Positions 10,483 through 20,282 of a DNA stretch of 64,000 bases are shown here, one piece after another (positions within the stretch are counted from its first letter, which is position 1; every line of letters begins with the position of its first letter). Origin of the DNA: an uncultured Acidobacteriota bacterium (GTDB taxonomy: Bacteria > Acidobacteriota > Terriglobia > Terriglobales > Acidobacteriaceae); contig CAVQVP010000005.1 of the NCBI GenBank assembly GCA_963717205.1, forward strand, positions 36,261-100,260, given 5' to 3'. Under the pieces are notes generated by a model that searched no databases, had not been told where the DNA came from, and saw only the letters and a list, made by a program, of their open reading frames with translations. Position numbers and translations under genes: made by a program.

Positions 10483-10512
10483 GTACCGAGTCGCGAGTAC
10501 CTAGTACCGAGT
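10481..10512. repeat. Word-repeat arm (GAGTACCGAG / GAGTACC / AGTACCGAG) upstream of the four-helix-bundle gene
   Basis: Tandem TACCGAG-type words start on the ychF stop codon. The same word recurs at 10942-10999 and 15155-15180. Confidence 0.7.
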
Positions 10513-10582
10513 TGGGACAAATCAGGCACGTCGGCGATTCCCCACTGCTCCATTGCTGGCCGCGGGTTGTAAGCTAAGTGCA

Positions 10583-10957
10583 ATGGCGCAGCATTACAAA
10601 GACTTGATCGCGTGGCAGAAGGCGATGGACTTAGTTACCGCCCTGTACGACGCGACCGAGGCATTTCCTAAGCGAGAAACTTACAGTTTGACTGATCAGA
10701 TGCGTCGGGCGGCCGTCTCCATCCCCAGCAACATCGCAGAAGGGCAAGCACACTTCAGCAATCGTGAGTTTCGTCACTTTCTACGCCACTCGCGTGGATC
10801 GCTAGCAGAACTTGAAACACAAATACTCATCGCTCAACGAAGAGACTACCTGTCCGAACCGCAGGCGGCGGAGCTTCTTAGACGTGCTGATGAAGTCGGC
10901 CGCATCCTCAGCGGCCTGGTCAATTCTCTCAAGGAGAAATCAGTACCGAGTACCTAG
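10583..10957 (+). CDS. Four-helix-bundle protein (23S rRNA intervening-sequence protein / TIGR02436, Avd-like)
   Basis: YKDLIAWQKAMDLV...SLTDQMRRAAVSIPSNIAEGQ...SRGSLAELETQ is the family signature. I prefer ATG 10583 (MAQHYKDL) over the track start at 10553. Confidence 0.85.
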   Translation: MAQHYKDLIAWQKAMDLVTALYDATEAFPKRETYSLTDQMRRAAVSIPSNIAEGQAHFSNREFRHFLRHSRGSLAELETQILIAQRRDYLSEPQAAELLRRADEVGRILSGLVNSLKEKSVPST

Positions 10958-10999
10958 TTGCCAATACAGGGATTGACTCGGTACTCGGTACTCGGTACT
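10942..10999. repeat. Palindromic word element (AGTACCGAGTACC ... 3x CTCGGTA)
   Basis: The 13-nt arm AGTACCGAGTACC (10942-10954) encodes the last codons of the four-helix-bundle gene. It is the exact reverse complement of GGTACTCGGTACT inside the CTCGGTA x3 run at 10977-10999. Confidence 0.8.
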
Positions 11000-11009
11000 T
11001 TCTTACTCC

Positions 11010-11741
11010 ATGCATCCCATCGTCATCAGCATTCTGCTGGGCCTGACCGCAGCGGCCGCTAATGTTTTTGGCGGCGCGATTATTGTGCAACGCAATTGGG
11101 AGCGTCGATATCTGCGCTACTTTGTCGCGCTGGGCGCGGGATTCATGCTGGCCACAGCTTTAGTCGAGATGGTGCCGGAGAGCCTGGAGTTGCGGGGCAG
11201 GAGCGCGGCCTTCCTTATTCTGCTGGGCTACCTCATTATTCATTTCTTCGAGCACACGGTGACGCCACACTTCCATTTCGGCGAGGAGACGCACAAAGAC
11301 GAGTTCATGCACTCGCACAAGGGATATTCCGTTCTACTGGGTTTGATCATCCACACTTTTTTTGATGGCATCGCGATCGCCTCTGGATTTCTGGTTTCGA
11401 ACGCGCTGGGCTGGCTCATCTTTTTCGCAGTGTTTCTGCACAAGATTCCGGAGGGCTTCACGGTGAGTTCGGTAATGCTGGCCAGCGGACGCAGCCGAGG
11501 AAAAGCCTGGGGCGCTTCTGTGATATTAGGAGGAGCGACATTGGCAGGAGTCCTGACGATGGCGCTGTTTCGCCATCACGTGGGAGCAGGCCTGCCCCTC
11601 TCGGCCGGAGTGACGATTTATGTTGCGGCTTCCGATTTAGTTCCGGAGGTGAACAAGGAACCGGCGATGAAGATGGCGGTGTTGGTGTTTGTGGGGGCTG
11701 CGATGTTCTTTTTACTGGAGAGCTTTTTTCATATGCATTGA
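11010..11741 (+). CDS. ZIP-family divalent metal transporter
   Basis: Multi-TM protein with HTFFDGIAIASGF and LHKIPEGF motifs typical of ZIP/ZupT-like transporters. Confidence 0.85.
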   Translation: MHPIVISILLGLTAAAANVFGGAIIVQRNWERRYLRYFVALGAGFMLATALVEMVPESLELRGRSAAFLILLGYLIIHFFEHTVTPHFHFGEETHKDEFMHSHKGYSVLLGLIIHTFFDGIAIASGFLVSNALGWLIFFAVFLHKIPEGFTVSSVMLASGRSRGKAWGASVILGGATLAGVLTMALFRHHVGAGLPLSAGVTIYVAASDLVPEVNKEPAMKMAVLVFVGAAMFFLLESFFHMH

Positions 11742-11744
11742 TGG

Positions 11745-11780
11745 CAGTTCTCAGTTCTCAGAAATCCTTGGTGTCTGAGA
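11745..11780. repeat. Word element CAGTTCTCAGTTCTCAG with short inverted TCTGAGA
   Basis: Immediately after the ZIP gene stop. The same doubled word recurs at 62853-62867. Confidence 0.6.
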
Positions 11781-11846
11781 TGACGAGGCCGAGTAAAAGC
11801 TGAACCCGGAGGCTGTCGCAAAAGGCACACTCCTGGTGTTCTGTGT

Positions 11847-13163
11847 TCAATCCACCGTGTTCTTGGCCGTATATCCGTCGCGGGAGACAACATCGATTTT
11901 CTGTTCCTTGCCTTTCGGATCCTTCACTTTGAGCGGGCCACCATCGGGAGCTACTACCTGCACCTTTAACTTGCGATAGGTACCATCCAGCTTGGTATTG
12001 GTGGGATGGTAAGAGAGCGAATACTGATTGCGGATATCGTTTCCGATGTCCTGGAAATCTTCCCCGTACTCCGCTTGAAAGCGAGGGAAATAGGCGCGGC
12101 CGCCGGTCATCGCGGCAAAAGTGCGCATTTCATTATCGGCCTGCAGGTAATCCATGTGGCCCACTGGGATCCCCATGCCGTGGGGTGCAGAGCGGCCTTG
12201 GGCTTCATACATCTCGCGGATGATCCATCCCACGCTGACCGGGAAGATGGTTACGTCCTTCGTGTCCTTAATCTTCTTCGTGATTTTATCGAGGGTGAGC
12301 TTGCTGAAAGTATCGACCCCGGTGGTGACGAGGATGACGTACTTCTTTCCTTCCACCCGATCAAGCCGGTCCAACGTGTCGTACAACGCGTCGAATAAAT
12401 TGGTCTCGGCGAATCCGGGAATGCGCAACTGGTTGAGCGCTCCGTAAACGGCTCGCTTGTCCTGGGTGAAATCGACAAGAATGTGTGGCTGCATGTCGTA
12501 GTAGGCGACGGCGATCCAATCATCTTTCCTAAGCGTGTTGGCGAAGGCGTAAGAAGCCTGCAGAGCCTGGATCATGAAGCCGTAGTTAGTGGATGCGTAC
12601 TCGATGAGAAGCACTGCGGTGATCGGCGCTTGCGACAGGTTGAAGTTGGTGATCTGCTGCGGCGATCCGTCTTCGAATAGCCGGAAATTATCTTTCTTCA
12701 ATCCCGGGACGAACTGCCCAGCCTTGGTGGTGACCATCACGTCGACATTCACCAGCGGCACATTTACCTTGATGGAATAGTCGGGCATCCCCTCGACTTT
12801 TTTGGGCGCAGCGGGCGGCGGAGGTGGCGGAGGGGCTTCAGTATTTTTCCTGGGGATGCTATAGGGACCGACGTCGCCGGTCGGACCACCGGCATCGGTG
12901 GGCGCGTCTTGTTTGGGCTTGCCGTTATTTTGATCCTGCGACTGGTCTGGCGGCGTCTGCGACTGGTCTTGGGCGAGGGCCGAAGAGATGTTGCAAAGCA
13001 GAAACAGCGAGACCAGCAACGCCATCACCAGCTTGGTGAAATGGTGCGGGCGCGGGTTTTGCTGCGGTCTTTGTTGCGATCTTTGCTGCGTTCCGGGCTG
13101 AGAACTTGGGTAGGCGACCATTCGTTGGGCAAACATGCAAACCTCTGATAACTTAGGATACAA
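11847..13163 (-). CDS. Secreted VWFA-related domain protein (Acidobacterial TIGR03436-like)
   Basis: VNVPLVNVDVMVTTKAGQFVPGLKKDNFRLFEDGSPQQITNF followed by a VWA-like region. N-terminal Q/P-rich region and a TM/signal segment. The start codon is uncertain. Confidence 0.8.
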   Translation of the reverse strand: MYPKLSEVCMFAQRMVAYPSSQPGTQQRSQQRPQQNPRPHHFTKLVMALLVSLFLLCNISSALAQDQSQTPPDQSQDQNNGKPKQDAPTDAGGPTGDVGPYSIPRKNTEAPPPPPPPAAPKKVEGMPDYSIKVNVPLVNVDVMVTTKAGQFVPGLKKDNFRLFEDGSPQQITNFNLSQAPITAVLLIEYASTNYGFMIQALQASYAFANTLRKDDWIAVAYYDMQPHILVDFTQDKRAVYGALNQLRIPGFAETNLFDALYDTLDRLDRVEGKKYVILVTTGVDTFSKLTLDKITKKIKDTKDVTIFPVSVGWIIREMYEAQGRSAPHGMGIPVGHMDYLQADNEMRTFAAMTGGRAYFPRFQAEYGEDFQDIGNDIRNQYSLSYHPTNTKLDGTYRKLKVQVVAPDGGPLKVKDPKGKEQKIDVVSRDGYTAKNTVD

Positions 13164-13327
13164 AAGACTGTTGGGAGCGAAAACTCCTTGTGCTAGTATA
13201 GACGCAGGGATTCGCGATTGGGATGTTTTGCCGGGCTCCCAGTATTCCCCCTCCAGGCAACGACTTACAATTTAGCGAAGTCTAATTCAGCATAAGGTGG
13301 TCTTTCCAGTCCATCCGGGTGCAGTTC

Positions 13328-15154
13328 ATGAAAAAATTCGCTTTCGCGCTGCTCGTTGTCTCCCTGTCCTTTCCCTCTTCTACGTTTGCACAAAAACCGG
13401 TTTCGGCGCCAGTGCCGCAAAACCCTCAAACCATTGCCGTTAGCCAAATCCACCCGGGCATGCGCGGGGTCGCCTACACGGTGTTCCAGGGCGTGAAACC
13501 CGAGGCCATGGATGTGGAAGTTCTCGGCGTGCTGCACAACACCAATGGTCCGAAGGGCAATGTCATTCTGGTGCGGCTGCACGGGCCAAAGGTGGAGTAC
13601 ACGGGCGTGGTCGCGGGCATGAGCGGCAGTCCGGTTTATATCGAGGGCAAGCTCGCGGGGGCGCTCGCTTTTCGCATTGGAGAATTTTCTAAAGAACCGA
13701 TCGCTGGAGTGACACCGATCGCGGATATGCTCGAAATCAGCGCGCTCGACCGTTCCCCCGCGGAAGAGACTGCTGCGTCGAAGCCCTCTGTAAGTGTGGT
13801 CGCGGGTAAGAGTGCGTCACCGGGAGAGATTTCCGCGCTGCCAGGATCGACCGAGGACACCAGTAAGGACTTTTCTAACTACCTGAAGCCCATCGAAACT
13901 CCGCTCGTATTTAACGGATTTTCCGAGCAAGCGATCCACCTTTTCGCAGGACAATTTGCATCCGCCGGAATCGTGCCAGTCATGGGTGCGGGCTCGATCA
14001 GTGACGAGAAGCAGCCGGAGCCAGTCGAAGCCGGCTCGTCCATCAGCGCGATCCTGGTGCGCGGCGATATGAATATCGAAGCCACCTGCACCGTCACCTA
14101 TGTGGACCCACAGCGGCTGCTGGCCTGCGGACATCCTCTGCTGCAGTTCGGCTCCGTCGATCTGCCCATGAATAAGGCCGAAGTTTTGGCCACGCTGCCG
14201 TCGCCGATGAATGCTTTCAAAATTGTGAACACCACGGAGCCGGTGGGGACGTTCGTCCAGGATCGCCACACCGGCATTCTCGGTGTCTTCGACCGCCAGC
14301 CTGAGATGATTCCGGTGACCCTTAGCATTCACAGCGGAGCGGGCGTGAAGCAATTTCATTACGAGGTGCTGAATAATCCGAAGCTGACGCCGGTGGCTCT
14401 GATGGTAACTGTATTTAACGCTCTGCACGGCGTGAATGAGTTTGGCGAAGAGATCACCTACCGGCTGGCTGGCAGCATCGGAGTGAAAGGCTTCCCGGAA
14501 GTAACCATGCGCAACATGTTCGCCCCCTCGGAGAACGCACAGCCAGCGGCCATGCAGGCAGCGATTTCGTTAGGCGAGCGCTTTGGTCGCATCTACGACA
14601 ATCCTTTTAACGCTCCGGCAATCGCGGGCGTGAAGCTGGATTTCGACCTGGTGCGGGAGCGGCGCTGGGCGCGGCTGGAGAGCGCGCGCACCGATGTAAC
14701 CGAAGCTCGTCCCGGCGACGAAATCATGCTTGAGACGGTGCTCGCGCCTTATCGCGGCGAGCGCATCGTGCAGCAGATTCCGGTGAAGATTCCCACGTCG
14801 GCGAGCAAGGGAACGCTGCGCATCCTGGTGAGCGACGGCGAAACTCTCGACCACATCGGTCACGCCAACGCGGCCTTTGGCCGTACTCTCGATCTTGCTT
14901 CCACCATCGCATTGCTGAATAAAGAGCACTCCAATAACCGCGTTTATGTGTCGTTGCTTGAGGCCGATCCCGAAGCGCGTGTCGCCGACAAGGTGATGCC
15001 CACGCTGCCGATCTCGATCATGAATGTGATGGATGGCATGCGCGGCAATCAGGAGATGGTGGTTAGCGGCGAATCGAATGTGGATGAGACGGCTACGGCT
15101 CCGCTGGACTACGTCGTGTCGGGAGCACACTTGCTGACGGTGACGGTGAAATAG
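13328..15154 (+). CDS. Secreted peptidase S55 (SpoIVB-like) domain protein
   Basis: Signal peptide MKKFAFALLVVSLSFPSSTFA. GMSGSPVYIEGKLAGAL resembles the SpoIVB catalytic-Ser motif GMSGSPI. The track start 13319 (GTG) is also possible. Confidence 0.7.
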   Translation: MKKFAFALLVVSLSFPSSTFAQKPVSAPVPQNPQTIAVSQIHPGMRGVAYTVFQGVKPEAMDVEVLGVLHNTNGPKGNVILVRLHGPKVEYTGVVAGMSGSPVYIEGKLAGALAFRIGEFSKEPIAGVTPIADMLEISALDRSPAEETAASKPSVSVVAGKSASPGEISALPGSTEDTSKDFSNYLKPIETPLVFNGFSEQAIHLFAGQFASAGIVPVMGAGSISDEKQPEPVEAGSSISAILVRGDMNIEATCTVTYVDPQRLLACGHPLLQFGSVDLPMNKAEVLATLPSPMNAFKIVNTTEPVGTFVQDRHTGILGVFDRQPEMIPVTLSIHSGAGVKQFHYEVLNNPKLTPVALMVTVFNALHGVNEFGEEITYRLAGSIGVKGFPEVTMRNMFAPSENAQPAAMQAAISLGERFGRIYDNPFNAPAIAGVKLDFDLVRERRWARLESARTDVTEARPGDEIMLETVLAPYRGERIVQQIPVKIPTSASKGTLRILVSDGETLDHIGHANAAFGRTLDLASTIALLNKEHSNNRVYVSLLEADPEARVADKVMPTLPISIMNVMDGMRGNQEMVVSGESNVDETATAPLDYVVSGAHLLTVTVK

Positions 15155-15180
15155 GTACCGAGTTGCCAATGCCGAGTACC
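15155..15180. repeat. Degenerate TACCGAG word element (GGTACCGAGTTGCCAATGCCGAGTACC)
   Basis: Shares GTACC.AGTTGCCAAT with the element at 10950-10965. Lies just after the S55 gene stop. Confidence 0.55.
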
Positions 15181-15182
15181 GC

Positions 15183-15512
15183 ATGACCTCCGAACGCGAT
15201 CGGCGATCCCGCCACAGCTCGAAGGACACAAAGCACCTCGTTCCCACGGGCTCTGTCGATGAGGTCCTGTTGACTGGCTCGACCGGCGGCAAAAACTTAA
15301 CCCTGTTTCAATCCGTGGGACTGATAGTCACTGGTTTAGGCGTTGGGCTCGGGGTAGGTGCATCAGCTATCGCGAGCGCACTTAACCGCGAGCCAACCTT
15401 CCACAGAAATTACGGTCAGTTGTTCACCGGAGGTGTGTTTGGTCTTTGGGGCGCTGCAATGGTCGTCTACGGGGTTATGGGCGTTGTCAAAATAGCTGGC
15501 AAGAGAAGGTAG
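15183..15512 (+). CDS. Hypothetical small membrane protein
   Basis: ORF with two Gly-rich hydrophobic helices. No family recognised. Confidence 0.3.
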   Translation: MTSERDRRSRHSSKDTKHLVPTGSVDEVLLTGSTGGKNLTLFQSVGLIVTGLGVGLGVGASAIASALNREPTFHRNYGQLFTGGVFGLWGAAMVVYGVMGVVKIAGKRR

Positions 15513-15586
15513 CTGAAGGCCGGCCTGTGAACCATCTTCTGATGTGCTGACGGCATTTCGCGGGCAGGAGTGCCCGCGCCACACGA

Positions 15587-16456
15587 TCAAAACCGAAACA
15601 ACATTATTCCCGCTTTATCCATGTGGCGGAAGCCGTCGGTGGCGACGGCGGCCAGCACCATGAGGGTTGCGTTGTAGCCAGCGTGGGCGAGGAAGCTGGA
15701 AGCTACGGACTTGGTCATCGCCCGCACAGTGGTCAGAATCACTCCCACCAGGAAAATGATCAGCACCGCTCCCCACGAACGGTACTGCAAGTAGTGCATC
15801 AGGCCGAAGGGCACAGCAGTGAGAACAATTCCCCACACGACGCCGAGGCGTCGCGCCAGCACGGGATAAAGAAATCCGCGAAAGAGAAGTTCTTCCCACA
15901 GAGGTCCAAGAGTGACGGCGAAAACCGCAGTGAGATAGGCGTCGGAAGGCCGGGCGAAAAACTGATCGAAAGGCGTGGTCTTCGGCATAGGCAAAAGCCG
16001 TCCCAGGAAGTCGAGTCCCAGCATGAGAACGCCCAACCCCACAAAAGTCGCGGCGCCGCTCTCGGGCCAATTCCAAAGGATGGATTGCCAGAATCGAGTT
16101 TTATATTTGCCCTCGATTAGCAGGATCATGTACAGCGCGACGACGATGTAAGTCAGCAACTGCGCCAGCAGAGCAGACACCGGTTTTTGGGCCACATCCA
16201 GCCAACGTGTGTGCGGGTAGGCGAACTGGAGCAACCCCGGCGCAATGATGAGTTGGGTGATGACGAACATTAATAGCGTGAAGCCGGCAATCAGCAGGAC
16301 ATCCCAGCCGCTCCAAACGGGGTTCTCGCCGGAAGTGGATGGAGGCGGGGGAAGCAAGACTGGCGGCGGGAGTGGATTGGAACCGAGTGGGAGCGGCAAT
16401 GGCTCCTCACCGTTAAGCGCCTGTGGGTCCAACTGAGGGTTTTCTGATGACGCCAA
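15587..16456 (-). CDS. CPBP-family intramembrane glutamic endopeptidase (CAAX protease/Abi)
   Basis: EELLFRGFLY motif 1 plus FGLMHY and a later H-containing helix. Multi-TM, 289 aa. Confidence 0.85.
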   Translation of the reverse strand: MASSENPQLDPQALNGEEPLPLPLGSNPLPPPVLLPPPPSTSGENPVWSGWDVLLIAGFTLLMFVITQLIIAPGLLQFAYPHTRWLDVAQKPVSALLAQLLTYIVVALYMILLIEGKYKTRFWQSILWNWPESGAATFVGLGVLMLGLDFLGRLLPMPKTTPFDQFFARPSDAYLTAVFAVTLGPLWEELLFRGFLYPVLARRLGVVWGIVLTAVPFGLMHYLQYRSWGAVLIIFLVGVILTTVRAMTKSVASSFLAHAGYNATLMVLAAVATDGFRHMDKAGIMLFRF

Positions 16457-16475
16457 AAGATCCTTTCTCTACTCT

Positions 16476-16594
16476 CTATGCGCTGCGCTTGCCGTTCCCT
16501 GCAAAATACACTGCTAGCGCCTGACCGGTATACGACTTCTTCACTCGCGCCACCTGCTCCGGCGTGCCCGGGGCGACGATGCGGCCGCCTTCTT
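16476..16594 (-). pseudogene. Displaced, diverged duplicate of the last 38 codons plus stop of uvrA
   Basis: Aligns base-for-base with 17021-17139. I count 9 mismatches by eye. It translates to [38 protein letters not shown], against ...AQGTPEQ... in the real uvrA. It ends exactly at the higA stop codon. Confidence 0.85.
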
Positions 16595-16918
16595 TTACCG
16601 GGCCGCCGCAGTGGCGATGGGCCTTATGGCTTTGAGTTCCTTGGAAAACTTCCGCCTCACCTGATAAACCGCGAAGGCATCCTGCAAATTCAGCCAGAAC
16701 TGCTCGGAGGTCCCGAAATACTTGGCCAAGCGAGCCGCCATCTCGGGAGTAATTCCCCGCTTCTCCCGAACAATATCGTTGACCGTAGGAGGAGAAACAT
16801 GCAACTCCACCGCCAGCCGGTAAGCGGAGATGCCCATCGGCTCCAGAAACTCCTCCCGAAGAATTTCACCAGGATGTACCGCCCAAACCGGCGAGTTTTC
16901 GTTTCTGATAGGAATCAA
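16595..16918 (-). CDS. higA: HigA-family antitoxin (HTH, Xre-type), orphan
   Basis: HPGEILREEFLEPMGISAYRLAVELHVSPPTVNDIVREKRGITPEMAARLAKYFGTSEQFWLNLQ is the HigA/VapI signature. TTG start. No intact higB upstream. Confidence 0.85.
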   Translation of the reverse strand: MIPIRNENSPVWAVHPGEILREEFLEPMGISAYRLAVELHVSPPTVNDIVREKRGITPEMAARLAKYFGTSEQFWLNLQDAFAVYQVRRKFSKELKAIRPIATAAAR

Positions 16919-16930
16919 ATCCGGACCTCC

Positions 16931-16987
16931 GGGGCTAAAGCCCTATTCTTGCATATCGACTCTTAGCGGCACGGCTGAAGCCGTGCC
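16931..16987. repeat. REP-like element family B, copy 1 (GGGCTAAAGCCC ... GGCACGGC-TGAA-GCCGTGCC)
   Basis: Two hairpins. Same architecture at 21989-22039 and 24100-24153. Confidence 0.7.
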
Positions 16988-17020
16988 CTACCCGTTCCCT
17001 GATCGAATTCGAGCGTCAGC

Positions 17021-19810
17021 CTACGCGCTGCGCTTGCCGTTCCCTGCAAAATACACCGCTAGCGCCTGGCCGGTGTACGACTTCTTCACTCGCGCGACCT
17101 GCTCCGGCGTGCCTTGGGCGACAATGCGGCCACCTTCTTCGCCGCCTTCGGGGCCGAGGTCGATGATCCAGTCGGCGTTGCGGATCACATCCAGATTGTG
17201 TTCGATGATGATGATCGAATTGCCGAGATCGGTCAAACGGTGCAGCACGTCTAGAAGCTTTCGTACATCGTCGAAGTGCAGGCCGGTGGTCGGCTCATCG
17301 AGAAGATAAAGCGTCTTGCCGGTCTGGCGCTTGCTCAACTCGCGGGCCAGTTTGATGCGCTGCGCTTCGCCGCCGGAGAGCGTGACCGCAGATTGACCAA
17401 GATGAATATAGCCGAGGCCGACATCGACCAGCGTTTGCAGCTTTTGCTTCACCTGCGGGATGTTCTCGAGAATGGGCAGCGCGTCGGAAACTGGCATCTC
17501 CAGCAGGTCGGCGATGGAGTTGCCGTTGTATTTTACGGCGAGGGTTTCGCGGTTGTAACGGCGTCCGCCGCAGACCTCGCACAGAACATAGACGTCGGGA
17601 AGAAAATTCATCTCGATGCGACGCTGGCCTTCCCCCTGGCAGGCCTCGCAACGGCCCCCGGAGACGTTGAAGGAAAAGCGTCCGGCTTTATAGCCGCGCT
17701 CGCGCGATTCGGGCAGCATGGCATAGATATCGCGGATCGCAGTGAAGACACCGGTATACGTTGCAGGATTCGAGCGCGGGGTGCGGCCGATGGGCGATTG
17801 ATCGATGCGAATGACTTTGTCGATATTCTCCGCGCCGACGATGGCTTTGTGCTCGCCGGATTTTTCGCGCGAGCGATAGAGTTGCCGTGCGAGCGAGCGA
17901 TAAAGAATGTCGTTAACCAGTGTGGACTTGCCGGAGCCGGAGACTCCGGTCACGACGGTCATCACACCCAGCGGAAAAGTTACGTCGAGATTCTTGAGAT
18001 TATTTTCCTTCGCGCCGAGAATCGTGAGTGCCGCGCCATTGGCCTGACGGCGCTGGGCCAGCATGTTGATTTGCGCTCTACCGGAGATGTAAGCGCCGGT
18101 CAGCGAGTTGGGCTCGCGCATGATTTCGGCGGGCGTGCCGTGGGCAACCAGGCCACCGCCGTGACGCCCCGCACCGGGGCCAAGGTCGATTACATAATCG
18201 GCGCGGCGGATAGTCTCTTCGTCGTGCTCGACCACCAGCACCGTATTGCCAAGATCGCGCAGATTTTCGAGCGCAGTCAGCAGGCGTCCATTATCGCGAT
18301 GGTGCAGGCCGATCGAAGGCTCATCCAGTACATAGAGCACGCCACGGAGTTTCGAGCCGATCTGTGTCGCTAAACGAATGCGCTGGCCTTCACCGCCGGA
18401 GAGCGTAGCGGCGGAGCGATCGAGAGAAATGTAGTTCAGTCCTACGGCGTTGAGAAATTGCAGACGCTCGACGATTTCGTGTGTGACACGGCCTGCTATC
18501 TGCTCTTCGCGACCTGCGAGTTTGATGCCCTTCGCAACTTCGAGCGCTTTCGAAATCGGGAGTGCAGTGAAGTCGGCAATCGACATGCTCTGTACCTTGA
18601 CCGCGAGGCTTTCAGGCCGCAGACGTTTGCCGTGACACGCCGGACAATCGCTCGCGGACATGTGATCCATCAGCCAGTCGCGATAGCCTTCTGAAGTGGA
18701 CTCTTCGAGATTCTGCTTCAAGTATCCGAAGATTCCGTGAAAGCCGGTTTTGCCTCGGCCGGATTCGCCGTTCAATAACAGATCCTGAGTCCTCTCCGGA
18801 AATTTTTCGAACGGCGTGTTGAGGTCAATGCCATGCGCGGCGGCCGTCACTTGCAAAGCATGAATCAGGCCCTGCGACGCTGAACCCGGCCCAAGTCCGC
18901 CATCGAGCAGAGGCTTCGACCAATCGGTGATGACTTTTGCCGGATCGAAATCGTAGCGGCTGCCGAGGCCGTGACACTCGGGGCAGGCTCCGTACATGCT
19001 ATTGAAGGAAAACGAGCGAGGTTCGAGTTGCGGCACGCTGATGCCACAATCGGGGCAGGCGAGTTTTTCAGAATAAAGTTGTTCATCGCCGCCGACCACA
19101 GCCACTTGCACCAGGCCTCCGGCAAGCTTCATCGCAAGTCCCACGGACATTTCAAGACGGAGCTCGATGCCTGGCTTCACCAGAAGGCGATCGATTACTA
19201 CTTCGATGGTGTGGTTCTTGCGCTTGTCGAGGTTGAGGTCGTCGTCGAGATTCACGATTTCGCCATCGACGCGGGCGCGAGTGTAGCCATGTTTCAGCAG
19301 CGTCTCCATCTCTTTTTTGAATTCGCCCTTGCGGCCACGAACGATCGGCGCGAGAACCATTACACGATCTTCCGGAGTGAGCGTCATCACGCGCTGGACG
19401 ATCTGTTCGGCCGACTGGCGGCTGATGGGACGACCGCACTTGGGACAATGCGGTACCCCGATGGAAGCGAACAAGAGGCGAAGATAATCGTAGATTTCGG
19501 TGATCGTACCGACAGTCGAACGCGGGCTGCGGCTGGTGGTCTTTTGCTCAATCGAGATCGACGGGCTCAGACCATCAATCGAATCTACATCCGGGCGCTC
19601 CATCTGATCCAGAAACTGCCGCGCGTAAGTCGAGAGTGTCTCGACATAGCGGCGCTGGCCTTCCGCGTAGATGGTGTCGAAGGCGAGAGAGGACTTGCCC
19701 GAGCCGCTCAGGCCGGTCACCACGGTGAGGGTGTTGCGGGGAATCTCAACGTCAATGTTCTTAAGGTTGTGCTGGCGCGCCCCGCGCACCGATATTCTGG
19801 TAATAGCCAT
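17021..19810 (-). CDS. uvrA: Excinuclease ABC subunit A
   Basis: 929 aa. Two ABC ATPase modules ([23 protein letters not shown] x2) and zinc-finger Cys motifs. Confidence 0.97.
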   Translation of the reverse strand: MAITRISVRGARQHNLKNIDVEIPRNTLTVVTGLSGSGKSSLAFDTIYAEGQRRYVETLSTYARQFLDQMERPDVDSIDGLSPSISIEQKTTSRSPRSTVGTITEIYDYLRLLFASIGVPHCPKCGRPISRQSAEQIVQRVMTLTPEDRVMVLAPIVRGRKGEFKKEMETLLKHGYTRARVDGEIVNLDDDLNLDKRKNHTIEVVIDRLLVKPGIELRLEMSVGLAMKLAGGLVQVAVVGGDEQLYSEKLACPDCGISVPQLEPRSFSFNSMYGACPECHGLGSRYDFDPAKVITDWSKPLLDGGLGPGSASQGLIHALQVTAAAHGIDLNTPFEKFPERTQDLLLNGESGRGKTGFHGIFGYLKQNLEESTSEGYRDWLMDHMSASDCPACHGKRLRPESLAVKVQSMSIADFTALPISKALEVAKGIKLAGREEQIAGRVTHEIVERLQFLNAVGLNYISLDRSAATLSGGEGQRIRLATQIGSKLRGVLYVLDEPSIGLHHRDNGRLLTALENLRDLGNTVLVVEHDEETIRRADYVIDLGPGAGRHGGGLVAHGTPAEIMREPNSLTGAYISGRAQINMLAQRRQANGAALTILGAKENNLKNLDVTFPLGVMTVVTGVSGSGKSTLVNDILYRSLARQLYRSREKSGEHKAIVGAENIDKVIRIDQSPIGRTPRSNPATYTGVFTAIRDIYAMLPESRERGYKAGRFSFNVSGGRCEACQGEGQRRIEMNFLPDVYVLCEVCGGRRYNRETLAVKYNGNSIADLLEMPVSDALPILENIPQVKQKLQTLVDVGLGYIHLGQSAVTLSGGEAQRIKLARELSKRQTGKTLYLLDEPTTGLHFDDVRKLLDVLHRLTDLGNSIIIIEHNLDVIRNADWIIDLGPEGGEEGGRIVAQGTPEQVARVKKSYTGQALAVYFAGNGKRSA

Positions 19811-20013
19811 TTAGTTTGTCTGAAAATGCCGGGCTGGATGGGCCTTCCGTAATGTCGACAGGGTTACAGAGTTGTCCGACAGTAGGACTGCGCAGCTCTA
19901 CTCCGTATCTTAATCGTCAATAGCGGCGGGCGTCAACGCAGGTAGATTGAAGAAGCCGCATAGACGAAAGTTGAGCTCGCGGCATCTGATTACTGCAATT
20001 TAATGAGGGTGGT

Positions 20014-20217
20014 TTGATCGTGATTTCGTATTTCATGCCTCTGATTCTCTGCCTCACGGTAGTGCTCTCCGTTGGAATTGGCGTGCTCACGGCTTACGCG
20101 GCAGTGATCGGCATTCTGCAGGCTTGCGGCCGGGCGTCACAGATGCAGATGCGGCCTGCGGAAACGCGTCCGCGGCTGGTTCTGGTGCCCACGCAGAACC
20201 ATGCCAGCGGCGATTAG
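20014..20217 (+). CDS. Hypothetical small membrane protein
   Basis: ORF only, with one or two hydrophobic helices. Confidence 0.3.
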   Translation: MIVISYFMPLILCLTVVLSVGIGVLTAYAAVIGILQACGRASQMQMRPAETRPRLVLVPTQNHASGD

Positions 20218-20282
20218 AACTGCCTTATCCAGAACTTACTCATCCATCCATTTATTAGCGTAGCGGGTTGGTGATGCTCCAT

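Noticed and set aside
13817-15292. Minus-strand ORFs 13817-14428 and 14570-15292, antisense to the S55-like gene
   Set aside because: Shadow frames within a gene that has a signal peptide and a catalytic-motif match. Their R/H-rich composition fits that.
16996-17019. Annotating the LTLEFDQG reading as a higB pseudogene feature
   Set aside because: Only 8 residues resemble the HigB C-terminal motif. That is too short for a feature call, so it is kept as a tentative remark in the uvrA-duplication finding.
17276-19852. Long plus-strand ORFs (17276-18373, 365 aa; 18971-19852, 293 aa) antisense to uvrA
   Set aside because: They lie entirely inside the strongly supported uvrA CDS. Their composition is Arg/Ala/Gly-rich, typical of shadow frames in GC-rich DNA, and they carry no recognisable motifs.
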